Of a DNA stretch of 64,000 bases, positions 61,230-64,000 are shown piece after piece (position 1 is the first letter of the stretch; each line of letters starts with the position of its first letter). The stretch comes from Squalus acanthias. Its lineage: Eukaryota. Where the stretch lies: contig JASTWF010000335.1 of the NCBI GenBank assembly GCA_030390025.1, forward strand, positions 310,001-374,000, in the 5' to 3' direction. The position numbers and the translations under genes were made by a program. Under the pieces are notes generated by a model, which saw only the letters and a list, made by a program, of their open reading frames with translations, searched no databases and was not told where the DNA came from.

Positions 61230-62101
61230 TTTTGTAGCTAGGCAAAGATTTATTGAAATTGCAACCATTACAACAGTAAAAAAAATAAGTGCACAAAATC
61301 ATGAACGATTGCGAAATGGAGTAACCCGTTTGCCATCTGCGTGACATATTAGGGAGTTTTGCTTTGCTGTTGTGTTAAAAACACATACTCCAACAGAGCC
61401 AAGCTAGGCAATAAAATTAACTCGCAAAATGCAATCTGCTGGGTGACTGCAACAAAGTGAAAGGCTGTTTTTTAAACCGAGTAAAAGCTAATTTTTTTTC
61501 CGTGGTTGTCGCGAGCTGGAATGTATTCGTTGCTCCTCTTCACAGCTACACAATAGCATTATTTAGCCAGAAACGCAAGCAACCCCGTAGCGCCCCGAAC
61601 ATTCCCATTCTGCCTCTGGGATGAACCTCTTCTCTGCATGTGAAGCGACCATCACTCAGAAAAGAACGATTTTTTTTTCTTTTTAACACGCCATTTGTTC
61701 ATGCAAAGATTAATTGGCAAGCACGTGAAGATTTACATGTTGCCCCCAACCCACCCCATCCAACCACAGTCTCTAAAACGTAGCACGGTAAGAATCCCTC
61801 CAGTTCCAGGGGGGCACCACCTACCCAAACGCTTCGAACAAGCTTCTAAAACAACGTTGTGCCAAACAGGAGAAGATCCTGAACCATACGGAAAACAGAG
61901 GAATCCTCAGCCAGTCTGTTAAGGAACCGTAACAATTTACTAATCATTTGTGTACCAATGTTATATGCAGCAGAATACGAGCATCCTGCACATCTCTTTC
62001 AGACCGAAGCCCGTACAAAATCCCAAACAAGCAAACTCTGCTCCTAATTTGAGGTTCACATTTCAGCTGGAGTGGGTTGGATGCTTTGCAATCACGTCAT
62101 G
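61230..62101 (-). other. Candidate terminal exon/3-prime UTR of an upstream minus-strand gene
   Basis: Strong acceptor ttttattcttttgcag at 62102, phase-0 reading HDVIAKHPTHSS-stop, about 0.8 kb of non-repetitive sequence, AATAAA at 61249-61254. Confidence 0.35.
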
Positions 62102-62264
62102 CTGCAAAAGAATAAAATATATAATGAGACGTAAGTTGCATAAAAAAGGACAGACTTTCATTTTTATAGTGCCTCTCAAATCGCTCAGAAACAGCTCAAA
62201 GTGCTTCAAAGACAATGTGGGGGACTATAGTGTAAAACTGATGCTATCAGATCAGTCGCCCCTC

Positions 62265-62980
62265 GGAGAAGGTGCAGAGGAGATTGACCAGAATGGTACC
62301 AGGGATGAGGGACTTCAGTTACGTGGAGAGACTGGAGAAGCTGGGATTGTTCTCCTCAGAGCAGAGAAGGTTAAGGGGAGATTGACCAGAATGGTACCAG
62401 GGGATGAGGGACTTCAGTTACGTGGAGAGACTGGAGAAGCTGGGATTGTTCTCCTTACAGCAGAGAAGGTTAAGGGGAGATTGACCAGAATGGTACCAGG
62501 GATGAGGGACTTCAGTTACGTGGAGTGATTTAGAGAAGCTGGGATTGTTCTCCTTACAGCAGAGAAGGTTAAGGGGAGATTTAATAGAGATGTTCAAAAT
62601 TATGACAGGTTTTGATAGAGTAGATAGGGAGAAACTGTTTCCACTGGCAGGAGGGTCGGTAACCAGAGGACACAGATTTAAGATAATTGGCAAAAGAACC
62701 AGAGGGGGAGACGAGGAGAGTTAAAAAAAAAAATTGCAGCGAGTTGTTACGATCTGGAATGCGCTGCCTGAAAGGGCAGTGGAAGCAGATTCAATAGTAA
62801 CTTTCAAAAGCCAATTGGATATGTATGTGAAAAGCAAAAATTTGCAGGGCTATGGGGGAAAGAGCAGGGAGGGGGCGGGGGGAGAGGGACTAATTGGATC
62901 GCTATTTCAAAGAGCCAGCACAGGCACAATGGGCTGAATGGCCTCCTTCTGTGCTGTAAGATTCTATGAATCTATGATTT
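62265..62980 (+). mobile_element. CR1 3-prime fragment with internal triplication of about 100 bp
   Basis: GGAGATTGACCAGAATGGTACCAGGG..GTTAAGG occurs at about 62279, 62377 and 62476. Confidence 0.88.
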
Positions 62981-63134
62981 ATACATCTCTCCTCATTTTT
63001 ATTTCCATTCAATGAATTTTGGGAAAACGGGCGAGTGATCTGATATATCACCAATTTTACACTAGTGTCCAAAGTCAAAATTCCCCCCAATGAAGGACGT
63101 TTGAAGGGCAAGAACTGTTGCTATATAGGCAAAT

Positions 63135-63592
63135 ATTGAGGAAAGGTTGAGTAGGTTGGGCCTCTACTCATTGGAATACAGAAGAATGAGAGGCGATCTT
63201 ATTGAAACATATAAGATTGTGAGGGGGCTTGATCGGGTGGATGCAGGGAGGATGTTTCCACTGATGGGTGAGACTAGAACTAGGGGGCATAATCTTAGAA
63301 TAAGGGGCTGCCGTTTCAAAACTGAGATGAGGAGAAACTTCTTCACTCAGAGGGTAGTAAATCTATGGAATTTGCTCCCTCAGAGAGCTGTGGAAGCTGC
63401 GACATTAAATAAATTTAAAACGGAGATAGACAGTTTCCTAGCTGATTAAGAATTAAGGGTTAAGGGGAGCGGGCAGGGAAGTGGACGTGAGTCTAGGTTC
63501 GGATCAGCCATGATCCTATTGAATGGCGGAGCAGGCCCGAGGGGCCATATGGCCTACTCCTGCTCCTACTTCTTATGTTCTTAGGTTCTTAT
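63135..63592 (+). mobile_element. CR1 3-prime fragment
   Basis: ORF 63147-63449 and TTCTTA tail. Confidence 0.9.
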
Positions 63593-63764
63593 ATGGCAGC
63601 TGCTTTGCGCACAGCAACATTCCACAAACAGCAGTGAGATGAATGTTCAGAAGAACTCCCTTCTCTTCCAACAGAGTGCCATGGGAACTTTATCGCCCAC
63701 CTATACCACCAGTAGACGGGGCCTCGATTTAACTAAAGGACACTCCTCTGGACAGCAAATCACA

Positions 63765-64000
63765 GAAAGACCTGCTTTTATTTAGCGCCGTACATGACCT
63801 CAGGACGTCCCAAAGCACTTCACAGCCATTGAAGTACTTTGGAAGTATTGTAATGTAGGAAACACAGCAGCAAATTTGTGCACAGCAAGCTCCAGCAAGC
63901 AGCAATGTGATCGTGACCAGATGATGACATATTAGTGATGTTGGTTGAGGGATAAATATTGGCCAGGACACCGGGGAGAACTCCCCTGCTCTTCTTCAAA
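63765..64000 (-). mobile_element. SacSINE1/Deu-like SINE 3-prime part
   Basis: ACCTCAGGACGTCCCAAAGCACTTCACAGCC..GGATAAATATTGGCCAGGACACCGGGGAGAACTCCCC. Confidence 0.8.

Overview
Repeat-dense vertebrate genomic DNA, most likely a cartilaginous fish, judged from HE1/V-SINE, SacSINE1/Deu-like SINEs and the CR1 and Penelope content. The only host gene I can assemble is a minus-strand MS4A/CD20-family tetraspan gene with five phase-0 coding exons: 38669-38710, 33258-33371, 20740-20796, 19909-20022 and 14237(or 14099)-14362. Its probable promoter is a CpG island at about 48.5-49.3 kb. The rest comprises a decayed Ty3/Gypsy pol, about 20 CR1 LINE pieces (two long), Penelope-like elements, two MITE families, SINEs and several minisatellites, most of which grew out of internal segments of transposons. 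Notable features: (i) at least six minimal type I hammerhead ribozyme motifs, three in 83-330 bp TSD-flanked insertions, one of them a fold-back; (ii) a CpG island abutting a 13-bp-period TTAGGG-variant array, resembling a subtelomere/TERRA layout but interstitial. The very long ORFs at 8.3-13.9 kb are satellite artefacts. All coordinates and identities were read by eye.
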